Assembly (NCBI GenBank): GCA_965198115.1
Contig: OZ240241.1
Span: 7,360,001 to 7,424,000, forward strand
Direction: 5' to 3'
Length of the DNA: 64,000 nt
Source of the DNA: Candidatus Latescibacterota bacterium
Lineage (GTDB): Bacteria; Latescibacterota; UBA2968
A program made the translations under genes and the position numbers. Below are positions 28,698 through 37,640 of the stretch, in pieces. Within the stretch, counting starts at the first letter, position 1; every line of letters starts with the position of its first letter. The notes below the pieces were generated by a model, which did no database searches, was not told where the DNA came from, and saw nothing but the letters and a program-made list of their open reading frames with translations.

Positions 28698-30366
28698 TCA
28701 GGATGGGATCACAGGCAAGGTGATGTGGGAGGCGTTCTCCCGTTCGTGATAGATCGTCTGATGCGCGATCTGTATTTCGTCGTCCAGTCCGGGCGTGTTT
28801 CCTGTGTTCAGGTTCCGATCGAACCGAGGAAAGTTACTGCTCGAGATTTCGAGCCGGATTCGATGACCCACTTTGAACAGGTTACTCGTCTCCCACAGTT
28901 GGATCTTGTATTCCACGACAGCATTCGGCTCGATCAGTGTTGGATTCTCAAAGGAATCCCTGAAACGAGCCCTGACGATGCCCTCCGTGATGTGAATCGC
29001 TTTGCCACCGGGGTGGACGTCTACGAGGGTTGCGGTGAAGTCCGTGTCTCGCGCGTCTGAGGCGGCGAAGAGCGTCAGTTCGATCGGGCCGGTTGCCTCC
29101 AGATCTGCCTCGAGGGGATCTGTCGAGTAGACAAGCACGTCGTCTCTGCGCTCCACGGGTCGACGGTCTCTAGGTCCGGTACAGTCGATGAACATGCTCT
29201 GCCCACCGTGTGTCGGCACGGGATCCTCCGGATCGTAGCCGAAGGTATCGCAGGGCTCTTGATCGGGGGGCTCCGTACTGAGGGCGCCGTCCCCGAGCAG
29301 AGAGTTCGCCTGGCCTCCGCTGTGTAAGTAGAACGTGGTGAACTGTGTGCGTGCGAGGGGCCATTCATTTTCGGAACGCCAGACGTTTGCACCCATGACG
29401 AAGATGCGGACGGGCGGCTCCTCGTCGATGCCGGTCTCGATGCCTCGCAGACGTTGATCGTACCAGCGCAGGTGCTCGTCGGGCATGTCGACCGTCGCAC
29501 CTGGTCCGAAATCGATGTCACCGTACCGTTCCGCGCTCCCGATCAGCGAGTGCGTCCACGGCCCTACCATCATTCGAGTACGCTTCCTGGTCTCCTCGCT
29601 TCTGGCCTTGGCCCTCCATCCCGTGAAGCATTTGAAGCCTTCGTGCACGAGATTGTCGTACCAACCGGTTATGAAGTAGGAGGGCGTTTCCACCTCGTCG
29701 TACTTGCTCTTCATGCTGTATGATGTCCAGAAGTCGTCGAACGCCTCGTGGCGGATGACGTCGTGGTAGAAAGGACGATCCGCGATGTCGTCGAGTGCGG
29801 TCAACAACGGAAGCCTGCGATGGACCGTGTTCCAGTCGATCAGGTCTCTGGGGGCGATCTGGTTCGTCCGGTCACCGAGATAGACCCAGTTCATCACGTT
29901 CTGAAGCTGCAGGATCCCGTTGTATCTCAGGTGACCGTAGTTGTCCTCCTGGTTCGCGATCGGGACCAGCGCCTTGACATAGGTGCTGCGATAGGGGGCC
30001 GGCAGAATCTGCGTGAATCCCGGGTAGGATACGCCGAAGGTGCCGATGGTGCCATCGCACCAGGATTGAGCGCCGATCCACTCCTGCGTGTCGAATCCAT
30101 CCTGGGCCTCGTCTACGTAAGGACGCCACTTGCCCTTCGGACTCGAATCGGCCCCGGCAGTCCTGCATAACGGTGGCATAGCCCGCCTTTGCGAATTGCA
30201 CCGACCAGTCGATGTATCGCGGGTGCTGCGTGCTGTAGGGTGACCGGATCAACAGGACGGGGAATCGGTCACCTCTGGCCGGGCGGTACATGGCGGCGTA
30301 GAGGTTCACGCCGTCCCGCATGGGGATCTTCAGATCGAGCTGTATGTGAACGTCGGGTTCCGCCAT
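28698..30366 (-). pseudogene. CocE/NonD family hydrolase; 1-nt insertion frameshift at ~30133
   Basis: N-part (MRDGVNL, RSPY, QDCRGRFESEG) and C-part (KWRPY, GVSYPG, GWYD, GPWTH) join if GAA GGG C AAG is read GAA GGC AAG, i.e. an extra G in a homopolymer. Confidence 0.88.
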
Positions 30367-30378
30367 TGCTCAGCCGCT

Positions 30379-31377
30379 TTACATCCCGTCCCAGACTTCG
30401 TCGAACAGGCGCATCCAGTTGTCGCCCAGGATCTTTCTGACGTCATCGTCGCCGTAGCCCCGATTGGTCAAGGTCGTCGCCAGGTTGGGAAATTTGTCGG
30501 GTGTCTCGAAGTCTTTCGGACATTCCGCGAAGCTTCTGTAGTTGGCGGTCGACTTGACGAAGGTCGAAGGCCACTTGGTGCCCTGCTGCGAGCCGATATA
30601 GCGCCAGAAAGATTCGGGCTGATCCTGCGTGAAGTCCGTTCCGACAGCGACTTGGTCGATGCCGACGCGATCGATCAGATCTTCTATCGCGTCCGCGTAA
30701 TCCCCGATCGTGGAATCGAATTTCCTCGGGAGGAAGTTGGGGAAAGAGGTCGAGCCGATGACCCCATCTCTCTCTTTCAACAGCTGCAGCACATCGTCCG
30801 GCTTGTTGCGAGGATGGTCGCAGAAGGCTCTGGCATTCGAGTGGGTGATGGCGACCGGCTTCTGCGAGTGCTCGATCGACTCGAGCGTCGATGTGTCGCC
30901 CACGTGCGACAGGTCGACGAGGATCCCCAGGCGGTTCATTTCGTGGATCGCATCGATCCCGAAATTGCTCAAGCCCTCATCCGTGCGCTCCCAGCATCCG
31001 TTTCCGAGAAGATTTCGCTCGTGGTAGGTGACCTGGATGATTTTGACGCCGAGGTCGTGGAAGATGCTGAGCTTCTTGAGGTCGTTCTCGATGGGAGAGG
31101 CGTTCTGGAAACCGAGGATGATGCCGACGCGACTTTCAGCCTTCGCCCGACGGATGTCGGCCGTGGATCGAATCTGGATCAGCTTGTCCGCATTCGTTTC
31201 GAATCTCTCTGGCCAGTTGGACAGATGGTCCAGCGTTTCGGTGAAGTTCTCCCACGCGACGACGGTGGCGTTGATAGCGGTTACGCCACCCGCGTGAAGG
31301 CTCTTGAAGACAGCCGGACTGTCCCAATTGCTCACGTTCAGACCGTCGATGACGATCGCGTCTTCGTAGATACCCAT
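30379..31377 (-). CDS. membrane dipeptidase (peptidase M19) family
   Basis: VIDGLN, GFQN, EMNRLGILVDLSH, THSN, HPRNK, GTDF, LGDNW motifs. Confidence 0.9.
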   Translation of the reverse strand: MGIYEDAIVIDGLNVSNWDSPAVFKSLHAGGVTAINATVVAWENFTETLDHLSNWPERFETNADKLIQIRSTADIRRAKAESRVGIILGFQNASPIENDLKKLSIFHDLGVKIIQVTYHERNLLGNGCWERTDEGLSNFGIDAIHEMNRLGILVDLSHVGDTSTLESIEHSQKPVAITHSNARAFCDHPRNKPDDVLQLLKERDGVIGSTSFPNFLPRKFDSTIGDYADAIEDLIDRVGIDQVAVGTDFTQDQPESFWRYIGSQQGTKWPSTFVKSTANYRSFAECPKDFETPDKFPNLATTLTNRGYGDDDVRKILGDNWMRLFDEVWDGM

Positions 31378-31381
31378 CGCT

Positions 31382-32512
31382 TTACCCTGATGCGTGTGCG
31401 GCGAATCGATCGAGTCGAAACCGCTCGATCGGATAGTTGGTCTCGCCCGTCGTAGCCAGGTCGGCCAGGATTCGACCGACGAGGGTGGAGAATTTGAACC
31501 CGTGGCCGGAGAATCCTGCCGCGATCAGCACGTTCGGATGATGCGGGTGAAAGCCGATGAGGAAGTCCCGGTCCGGCGTCATGGTGTACATACAGGTGGA
31601 TCCTGATACAAAAGTTGCGTCGACCTGGGGCAGGATCGTATGCATCCAGTCCGACAACGCTTCCTGCGTGGAAACATCGAGCGTTCTGTCCAGGCTATCG
31701 GGGGAAACATCCGGCCCGAGTCCGTCGTCGGCGACCTTGATGCCCGGGCCGTGAAGCGGAAAGCCATAATATTGCGTTTCAAAGTCCGAGTAAACGGGCA
31801 ACCGATCCGGAAGATAGAGATCGGGGTTCTTCGGTCTGAAATAGAACTTCTGCTGTCGCGTTACTCTGAGCGTGAGATCGAGATCTTCGAGCAGGTGGAC
31901 AGCCCACGGTCCGGCAGTGATGACCAGGCGCTCACAGCGGATGCGATCGTTCTCACACACGACCTCGGGACGATCGCCTTCGAGATCGATGCCGGTTACG
32001 GGCACGTTATCGAAAACCAAGGCCCCACGGCGTGTTGCCCGGGTTACGTGTGAGGAGACACAGCGTCCAGCGTCCACGAACCCGGCGCGCGGTGTGAAGC
32101 AGGTCACCGTGTCCGATGGCGGAACCAGCCCAGGAAATCGGTCGGTTACCTCGCGCGACGAGAGCAACTCATAAGGTGAGCCGACCTCCTCCATGACGTC
32201 GATTTTGGTCTGGAGGTCCGCATTCCCTTCACGGGCGAACACGGCGATCCCCTTGAGGTTCAGGAGGCTTTCTTCCGATTCGGCCTCGAGGTCCCTCCAG
32301 AGTGGGATCGACGCCTCAACGAGACGCGTGTAGACGGCTTCGTGGTAGAGGCTACGGAATGCCCGTGAATGGCCGTGCGAACTGCCTCGATCGTGGCCCA
32401 CGCCGAACTGCTCGATGCCCGTCGGGGCGATGCCTTCTTTGGCCAGGTGGTAGAGCGCGGCGCTTCCCATTGCGCCCAGGCCAACGACGAGGGCTTCGGT
32501 CTCATCGATCAC
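31382..32512 (-). CDS. monomeric sarcosine / N-methyltryptophan oxidase-like FAD enzyme
   Basis: GLGAMGS, GSSHGHSR, CMYTMTPD (covalent-FAD Cys), GFSGHGFKF. Start reassigned to GTG 32512. Confidence 0.88.
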   Translation of the reverse strand: MIDETEALVVGLGAMGSAALYHLAKEGIAPTGIEQFGVGHDRGSSHGHSRAFRSLYHEAVYTRLVEASIPLWRDLEAESEESLLNLKGIAVFAREGNADLQTKIDVMEEVGSPYELLSSREVTDRFPGLVPPSDTVTCFTPRAGFVDAGRCVSSHVTRATRRGALVFDNVPVTGIDLEGDRPEVVCENDRIRCERLVITAGPWAVHLLEDLDLTLRVTRQQKFYFRPKNPDLYLPDRLPVYSDFETQYYGFPLHGPGIKVADDGLGPDVSPDSLDRTLDVSTQEALSDWMHTILPQVDATFVSGSTCMYTMTPDRDFLIGFHPHHPNVLIAAGFSGHGFKFSTLVGRILADLATTGETNYPIERFRLDRFAAHASG

Positions 32513-32517
32513 CGACT

Positions 32518-33615
32518 TTACCTGAACCAATCGTAATGGAGACCGAGTGTTCGGTCCGGCAGTGGGAGGTCCACCCGTTGTCCGCCTCGTTCGGACGAAT
32601 GTTTCAGGGCGATTTCGACTTCGAGGGCCTGGGCGACCCTGCGACCAGAATTCTTGGGTTCGTCGATTCGTCCCGACAGGCAGTCCATGATGTCGGCGAG
32701 ACAGTAGATGGCGCCGTAGGGGAATCCGAACTGCGGATCGGGCCACGGTACCTCCACCCGCTGGTTCCCGCTTGCCGTTTCGATGTCCTGCCATAGACGC
32801 CATCCCTCGGCGATGCCGCCGAAGAGGATCTCGCCCGCCGTTCCGCTGATCCGTACGCCTGGCGCGCCCTTCCGGAAGTGCACGATCGTGCCGTTTTCCG
32901 TTGCCAGCAGACCCTGGCCTCTGAATTCATCGCTACCGGATTCCGCGCGACCGTCGTCGCCCGTTCCGACGACCCACGCGAGTGGGCTGTCGAGGAAATA
33001 CGACCAGTTTTGATGCTGGGCGCCCGGGCCATTGGCTTCGATGGAAACGACGGTCCCGATCGCGCCACTCTGGATCAGATCTTTTGCGCGTTCGAACGAT
33101 GGATGCGTGGTGGTGATGCTGCCGCATACGAGGGGGACGCCGGCACCCTCACACGCCGAAACCATTCGATCTGCTTCCTCCAGCCGATGGACCATGGGTT
33201 TTTCCGTCAGGATTCCCCTGGCGCCGTACTCAACGGCGAGGCAGGTCAAATCGGCACGATACCTGGTGTTCGTCGCCACGGCGACGAGGTCGGGTCGTTC
33301 CTCAACGAACATTTTCTCGGCGTCTACGTAAACGGACTTCCCGTAGCGTTCCGAGAATGCGTCCAGGCGCTTCCGATCACGGTCGACTCCGGCTACGAGC
33401 TCGATCTCTTCGCGGTCGTGGAATGCCTCGGAATAAGACGTTGGGTTGCCCTCACCGCCTGGGTGTTCGTGATGGTAGATCCGACGGTGAGTGTCGAGCG
33501 GAGGCGTCGGCCGATCGGTGTCTTCGATCTCGAACCGATCGGAAATACGACTCGCCATGTCGTAAAGCAACCCCATCCAACCCAGTCCGATGACTGCTGC
33601 TTTGTATTTCCCCAT
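32518..33615 (-). CDS. Gfo/Idh/MocA family oxidoreductase
   Basis: GLGWMG and TEKPM motifs; insertion after the first Rossmann strand. Confidence 0.82.
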   Translation of the reverse strand: MGKYKAAVIGLGWMGLLYDMASRISDRFEIEDTDRPTPPLDTHRRIYHHEHPGGEGNPTSYSEAFHDREEIELVAGVDRDRKRLDAFSERYGKSVYVDAEKMFVEERPDLVAVATNTRYRADLTCLAVEYGARGILTEKPMVHRLEEADRMVSACEGAGVPLVCGSITTTHPSFERAKDLIQSGAIGTVVSIEANGPGAQHQNWSYFLDSPLAWVVGTGDDGRAESGSDEFRGQGLLATENGTIVHFRKGAPGVRISGTAGEILFGGIAEGWRLWQDIETASGNQRVEVPWPDPQFGFPYGAIYCLADIMDCLSGRIDEPKNSGRRVAQALEVEIALKHSSERGGQRVDLPLPDRTLGLHYDWFR

Positions 33616-33626
33616 GGCGAAACCTT

Positions 33627-33683
33627 AGAAGAGGACCACCTCTCACATCCGTTCGAGGCAGGCTTCATACACGAAAAACAAAA
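33627..33683 (+). repeat. ~57-bp dispersed repeat, copy 2
   Basis: agaagaggaccacctctcacatccgttcgaggcaggcttcatacacgaaaaacaaaa matches 12107-12164. Confidence 0.8.
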
Positions 33684-33694
33684 GAAAACGTGGG

Positions 33695-33794
33695 ACCACG
33701 GAACACACGGAAGGGAAATACCCCCGAGAGCAGTGGCGCTATTCGCGGCCTATAACGAGGGTGGTCCCGAGCAGTTTTCCGTGTATTCCGTGGT
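33695..33794. repeat. 100-bp element bounded by inverted 9-mer arrays, with internal CTATTCG box
   Basis: accacggaacacacggaa (33695-33712) and ttccgtgtattccgtggt (33777-33794) are 17/18 inverted; ctattcgcg at 33739. Confidence 0.8.
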
Positions 33795-33802
33795 CTAGGG
33801 CT

Positions 33803-34495
33803 TCAGACTTTCGTTTCGATGATGCCGATCCAGCCGGTGGAGGAGTCGCAGTAGATGAATCCCCCGTTGTAGATGGATACGCCGTGGGGGGCGGGATGGC
33901 ATTCCGGGATGTCGATGCGGACCATTTCTTCGTTCGACTCGATGTCGAATTTGATGAGGCAGCGATCGTTTGTGAAGGCGATCCAGAGACCGTCTTCAAC
34001 TCGAACGACTCCGTGTGAGCGCCCGTACGGCATCTCCACCTCGCGGATGACCGATCGGTCATCCATTTTTACCTGCGACATGGTTTTGCCGGTAGCCAAC
34101 CACATGGTGCCCGCTTCGTGGTTGTCGAACTCGATTCCGTGGGTCCCGCCTTCGTGGGGCATGGGCCAGGAATCGAGGGTTTTCCCGGTTTTGGGGTCGA
34201 CCTTGACCGTGGCGCCCGACGGAAAGTCGGTGTCGCGGCCAAGGCGATACTTGGCCCCGGGACCGTTGGCGGCCAGCCAAAGCGCGCCATCGCCATAGGT
34301 CAGGCCGCTGGTGTTCGAGGATTCGGTGTCGAATTCCCGGAGAACCAACGTCTTGCCGTAGCGGTTGATGTTCTCGGTCTCGACGAGGGCGCAACGGTCG
34401 GTAACCTGGTCGACCACCCACAACCCTTCGTCCGTCATTTGCATGCCGTTGGGCTGGGCGTAGGGCGATCGGAATGCTGCGTAGACATTTGCCAC
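33803..34495 (-). CDS. beta-propeller protein (Vgb/glutaminyl cyclase-like repeats), function unknown
   Basis: Repeated PNGM..LWVVD, SGLTYGDGALW, HGIEF..MW, HGVV..LW, PHGV blades; GGAGG SD. Confidence 0.65.
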   Translation of the reverse strand: MANVYAAFRSPYAQPNGMQMTDEGLWVVDQVTDRCALVETENINRYGKTLVLREFDTESSNTSGLTYGDGALWLAANGPGAKYRLGRDTDFPSGATVKVDPKTGKTLDSWPMPHEGGTHGIEFDNHEAGTMWLATGKTMSQVKMDDRSVIREVEMPYGRSHGVVRVEDGLWIAFTNDRCLIKFDIESNEEMVRIDIPECHPAPHGVSIYNGGFIYCDSSTGWIGIIETKV

Positions 34496-34519
34496 GTTGG
34501 CCTCCTTGTTCGGCAGCCT

Positions 34520-36049
34520 TCAGCCGTGTCGGATGACAGTTTCCACATCGGTGAGGATCAAGTCACAGGCAAGCTGAGGATGACGCTCGATCAGCGCAAC
34601 CTTCACTTGGTGTGGTCCTGCTGCGATTTCGCCAAGATCGTAATGCAACCAGGCAGCTCCGCTAACAGAGCTGATCCCGTGAAGGTTCCCGGCCTGGCAA
34701 TAGCGGACGTCGGGATCGATCAGCTGTGTTTCGTCCCACCACACGCTGATGGTGTCGCCTACGGCCCATTCCTGCAGTCGCAGTCGGAGCTCCGCCGATG
34801 ACAGGTCTTCATCCGCGATATTCAGCGCCACTGCAGGACCGCCGCCGGTGAGCGTGCGCTTGAGAGCCACGGGGACCTCGCCGCGCAATCGGTCGCCGCG
34901 ATAAGCGCCCCGCCAATCGCCCTCCTTGACGATGACGCGGTGCGTGGCAGCATAGATCTTGTCCGTTCCCTTTAGTGTTTCCGCGGATCCAATCTGTGAG
35001 AGCAGCTCGCGTCGTGTGTTCGGGCCAGCGTGCCAGTTGAAGACGTAAATCCCTTCGGCACCAGCGTCGTGGTATCGGCTGGCTGTGGCGCGTGTGCGTA
35101 ATCGATCTTTAAGCGCGGGGTCCTCCGGTCCGACGTGTTCTCCGGGCAGCCCGCCGTCAAACCCAGGATAGATGGCGATGTCCGTGTCCCGGCAAAGGTC
35201 GAGAAAGGCATCGACTTCGATGGAGGGGTCGGTGGCGGCATTGGCCGCTGGAATGAGGATGTCGACCAACCCCTCACGGACCCAGACGGGGATGTCGTAG
35301 CCGATCTGCCGGCACCGTTCAAGACTTCCGGAGACACGGGTAGCGACATAGAAGGGACGCCCCCGTTCGCGGGCGATCTCGTCCGTCATTTGGCGAATGG
35401 CGCGCTGAAGGTCGGTGAGGACATAACGGAGTCTGTAGCCGTCGTCGTCGGGTAGATGAAAGCCGTGTCGTTGCCAGTCGAGTTCAACACCGTCCCAGTC
35501 GTAGCGCGTGCAGAGCTCGCGAATGTGGGCAAGCCGGTATTCCCGGACTTCGGGAATGGACATATCCCACGACAGAGCAAACCACTCTGATGTTCTGTCT
35601 CCGAGCAGCCAATCGGGATGGTCGATTCTGAGTTGCGTGAGCTCGGTATGATGCAGACTTGCCAGATCCTCGATCTGCGCGCCGCTGAAGTGGTTGTCGT
35701 TCATTCGAACGGATGCGTAGACGGCCATACCGAGATCGCGACCCCTCTCGATCAGGGCCTGCTGCGGATCTTCCCCGCGGTCGAGCATCTGACGGATGTT
35801 CTCGGTGTGCGTGTAGGCGCTTGCACTTTCGTAACGACGTCCGTGTACGTCGCCCAGCATCTCCAGATCTTCCGTGGGCCATCGCGTGGCGTGTTCGCCG
35901 ATACACCAGAAGAGCGCTCCGACCTGCGTGTCGATGAGCGGCGCGTAGGTCTTGTCGAGGAAGGATTCGAGCGATTGAGGGACTTCGGAATAGCCGTGTG
36001 GGGCGCCATCCCAGTTGTAGATAATGCCATAATCGGGGGGACGAGGCAT
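34520..36049 (-). CDS. GHL10-like TIM-barrel putative glycoside hydrolase
   Basis: IYNWDG, SVRMNDNH, YDWDGVELDWQR, GLVDILIP, GIYVFN motifs. AGGAG SD before ATG 36049. Confidence 0.7.
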   Translation of the reverse strand: MPRPPDYGIIYNWDGAPHGYSEVPQSLESFLDKTYAPLIDTQVGALFWCIGEHATRWPTEDLEMLGDVHGRRYESASAYTHTENIRQMLDRGEDPQQALIERGRDLGMAVYASVRMNDNHFSGAQIEDLASLHHTELTQLRIDHPDWLLGDRTSEWFALSWDMSIPEVREYRLAHIRELCTRYDWDGVELDWQRHGFHLPDDDGYRLRYVLTDLQRAIRQMTDEIARERGRPFYVATRVSGSLERCRQIGYDIPVWVREGLVDILIPAANAATDPSIEVDAFLDLCRDTDIAIYPGFDGGLPGEHVGPEDPALKDRLRTRATASRYHDAGAEGIYVFNWHAGPNTRRELLSQIGSAETLKGTDKIYAATHRVIVKEGDWRGAYRGDRLRGEVPVALKRTLTGGGPAVALNIADEDLSSAELRLRLQEWAVGDTISVWWDETQLIDPDVRYCQAGNLHGISSVSGAAWLHYDLGEIAAGPHQVKVALIERHPQLACDLILTDVETVIRHG

Positions 36050-36166
36050 AGTCATCTCCTTCAGCGTCCGGCCAATCTGCCACATCCAAATATGGCTACG
36101 CGATGGTTGGACATGGCGACCTCAAAAGATTTGGGACCACGGAATACACGGAAGAAACAATAGCCC

Positions 36167-37466
36167 TTAGGGTTTGCCACGAAATAAGTGCTGCACTTTT
36201 CAAGGTAATGATCTTACGCTCGGAGTGTGGACGTCGAAACTCTCCGAACGAAGTATGAAGCCTTGGCTCCGGTGCTGACGGAACGCACGCGTCGTCTGTG
36301 GGCCGCCACGGAAGCCGAAGCGTTGGGTCACGGTGGGATCGCGATTGTGGCTCTGGCGACAGGAATGTCCAGAGAGCGGATCTTTCGTGGCATTCAGGAG
36401 TTGAGGTCGGACGAACCTTTGAACCCGGCTCGCATCCGGCGTCCAGGCGGCGGTCGTAAGCGGAAGGCCGACACGGACCCGACGCTGTGGCAGGACCTGA
36501 ATGATCTGGTCGAGCCAACGACTGCGGGGTCGCCTGACGACAATCCTCTGAGATGGACATCGAAGAGCACTCGCAAACTGGCCGCCGAGTTGCAAGCGAT
36601 GGGGCATTCGGTGAGCCCCAGGATCGTTGCCAATCTCCTGCACGAACACGATTACACGCTGCAGGCGAATCGGAAGACAAGGGAGGGATCTGCACACCCG
36701 GATCGGGACGCTCAGTTCGTTTACCTCGATGATCGGATTAGCCAGCAGCAGCAGCAGGGCCTTCCCGTTATCTCGGTGGACACCAAGAAGAAAGAGTTGA
36801 TCGGCGACTTCAAGAATCCTGGCCGAGAATGGCGACCCAAGGGAGACCCGGAGCGTGTGAAGGTACACGATTTCATAGTGCCTGCTCAGGGCAAGGCGAT
36901 CCCTTATGGAGTGTATGATCTGAGCCGTGATGAAGGCTGGGTAAGTGTCGGTATCGATCACGACACGGCCAGCTTCGCCGTGAATGCGATCCGAAGTTGG
37001 TGGAAGAACATGGGACGGCCCGCCTACGGCACTTCGACGCATCTGCTAATCACGGCGGACGCAGGCGGCAGCAACGGCGCCAAGACGCGGCTGTGGAAGT
37101 GGGAGCTGCAGCGCTTTGCGAATCGCACTGGCCTGACGATCACCGTATGCCACTACCCTCCTGGCACTAGTAAGTGGAACAAGATCGAACATCGCCTGTT
37201 CTCCTTCATCGCTATGAACTGGCAAGGCAAGCCCCTGGTCAGCCTGGCTGCAACCGTGAATCTCATTGCCGGAACGACCACTCAAGCCGGTCTCCGAGTA
37301 CGCTCCGAGATCGACAAGCGACCCTACCCTAACGGGGTCAAGGTGACCGATGAACAGATGACCCAAATCGATCTCACTCCGCACGATTTCCACGGCGACT
37401 GGAACTACACGATCCGGCCAATGGCTCAACATTGAGATCGACCGTTTATTTATTCGCGAACCCTAA
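36167..37466 (+). mobile_element. ISAzo13-family insertion sequence, copy 1 (intergenic)
   Basis: Ends TTAGGGTTTGCCACGAAATAA ... TTATTCGCGAACCCTAA. 1300 bp including TTA/TAA; near-identical to copies 2 and 3. Confidence 0.93.
36227..37435 (+). CDS. ISAzo13-family DDE transposase
   Basis: ISVDTKKKELIG, ITADAGGSNG, HYPPGTSKWNKIEHRLFS, HGDWNY motifs. Confidence 0.95.
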   Translation: MDVETLRTKYEALAPVLTERTRRLWAATEAEALGHGGIAIVALATGMSRERIFRGIQELRSDEPLNPARIRRPGGGRKRKADTDPTLWQDLNDLVEPTTAGSPDDNPLRWTSKSTRKLAAELQAMGHSVSPRIVANLLHEHDYTLQANRKTREGSAHPDRDAQFVYLDDRISQQQQQGLPVISVDTKKKELIGDFKNPGREWRPKGDPERVKVHDFIVPAQGKAIPYGVYDLSRDEGWVSVGIDHDTASFAVNAIRSWWKNMGRPAYGTSTHLLITADAGGSNGAKTRLWKWELQRFANRTGLTITVCHYPPGTSKWNKIEHRLFSFIAMNWQGKPLVSLAATVNLIAGTTTQAGLRVRSEIDKRPYPNGVKVTDEQMTQIDLTPHDFHGDWNYTIRPMAQH

Positions 37467-37640
37467 GGTATGATGGCGCTATTCGCGATAGGCTTACAGC
37501 CCAACCTATGTATGATGACCTCTCCCACGGAGATCGCAGAGGAAAAAGGATTCATTGTCCAGAACACTGAACTACTGAACTTCCGAACCGAACACCGACC
37601 ACTCGTTTCACTGACCTCCGACCGCTGATCTCTGACTTCT

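Noticed and set aside
36096-37432. Antisense ORFs (279, 199, 128, 79 aa) recurring in all three IS copies
   Set aside because: They recur only because the IS copies are near-identical. They are shadows of the transposase with no recognisable motifs.
36167-37466. TTAGGG / CCCTAA telomere-like hexamers
   Set aside because: Single hexamers forming the IS termini, not tandem telomeric repeats.
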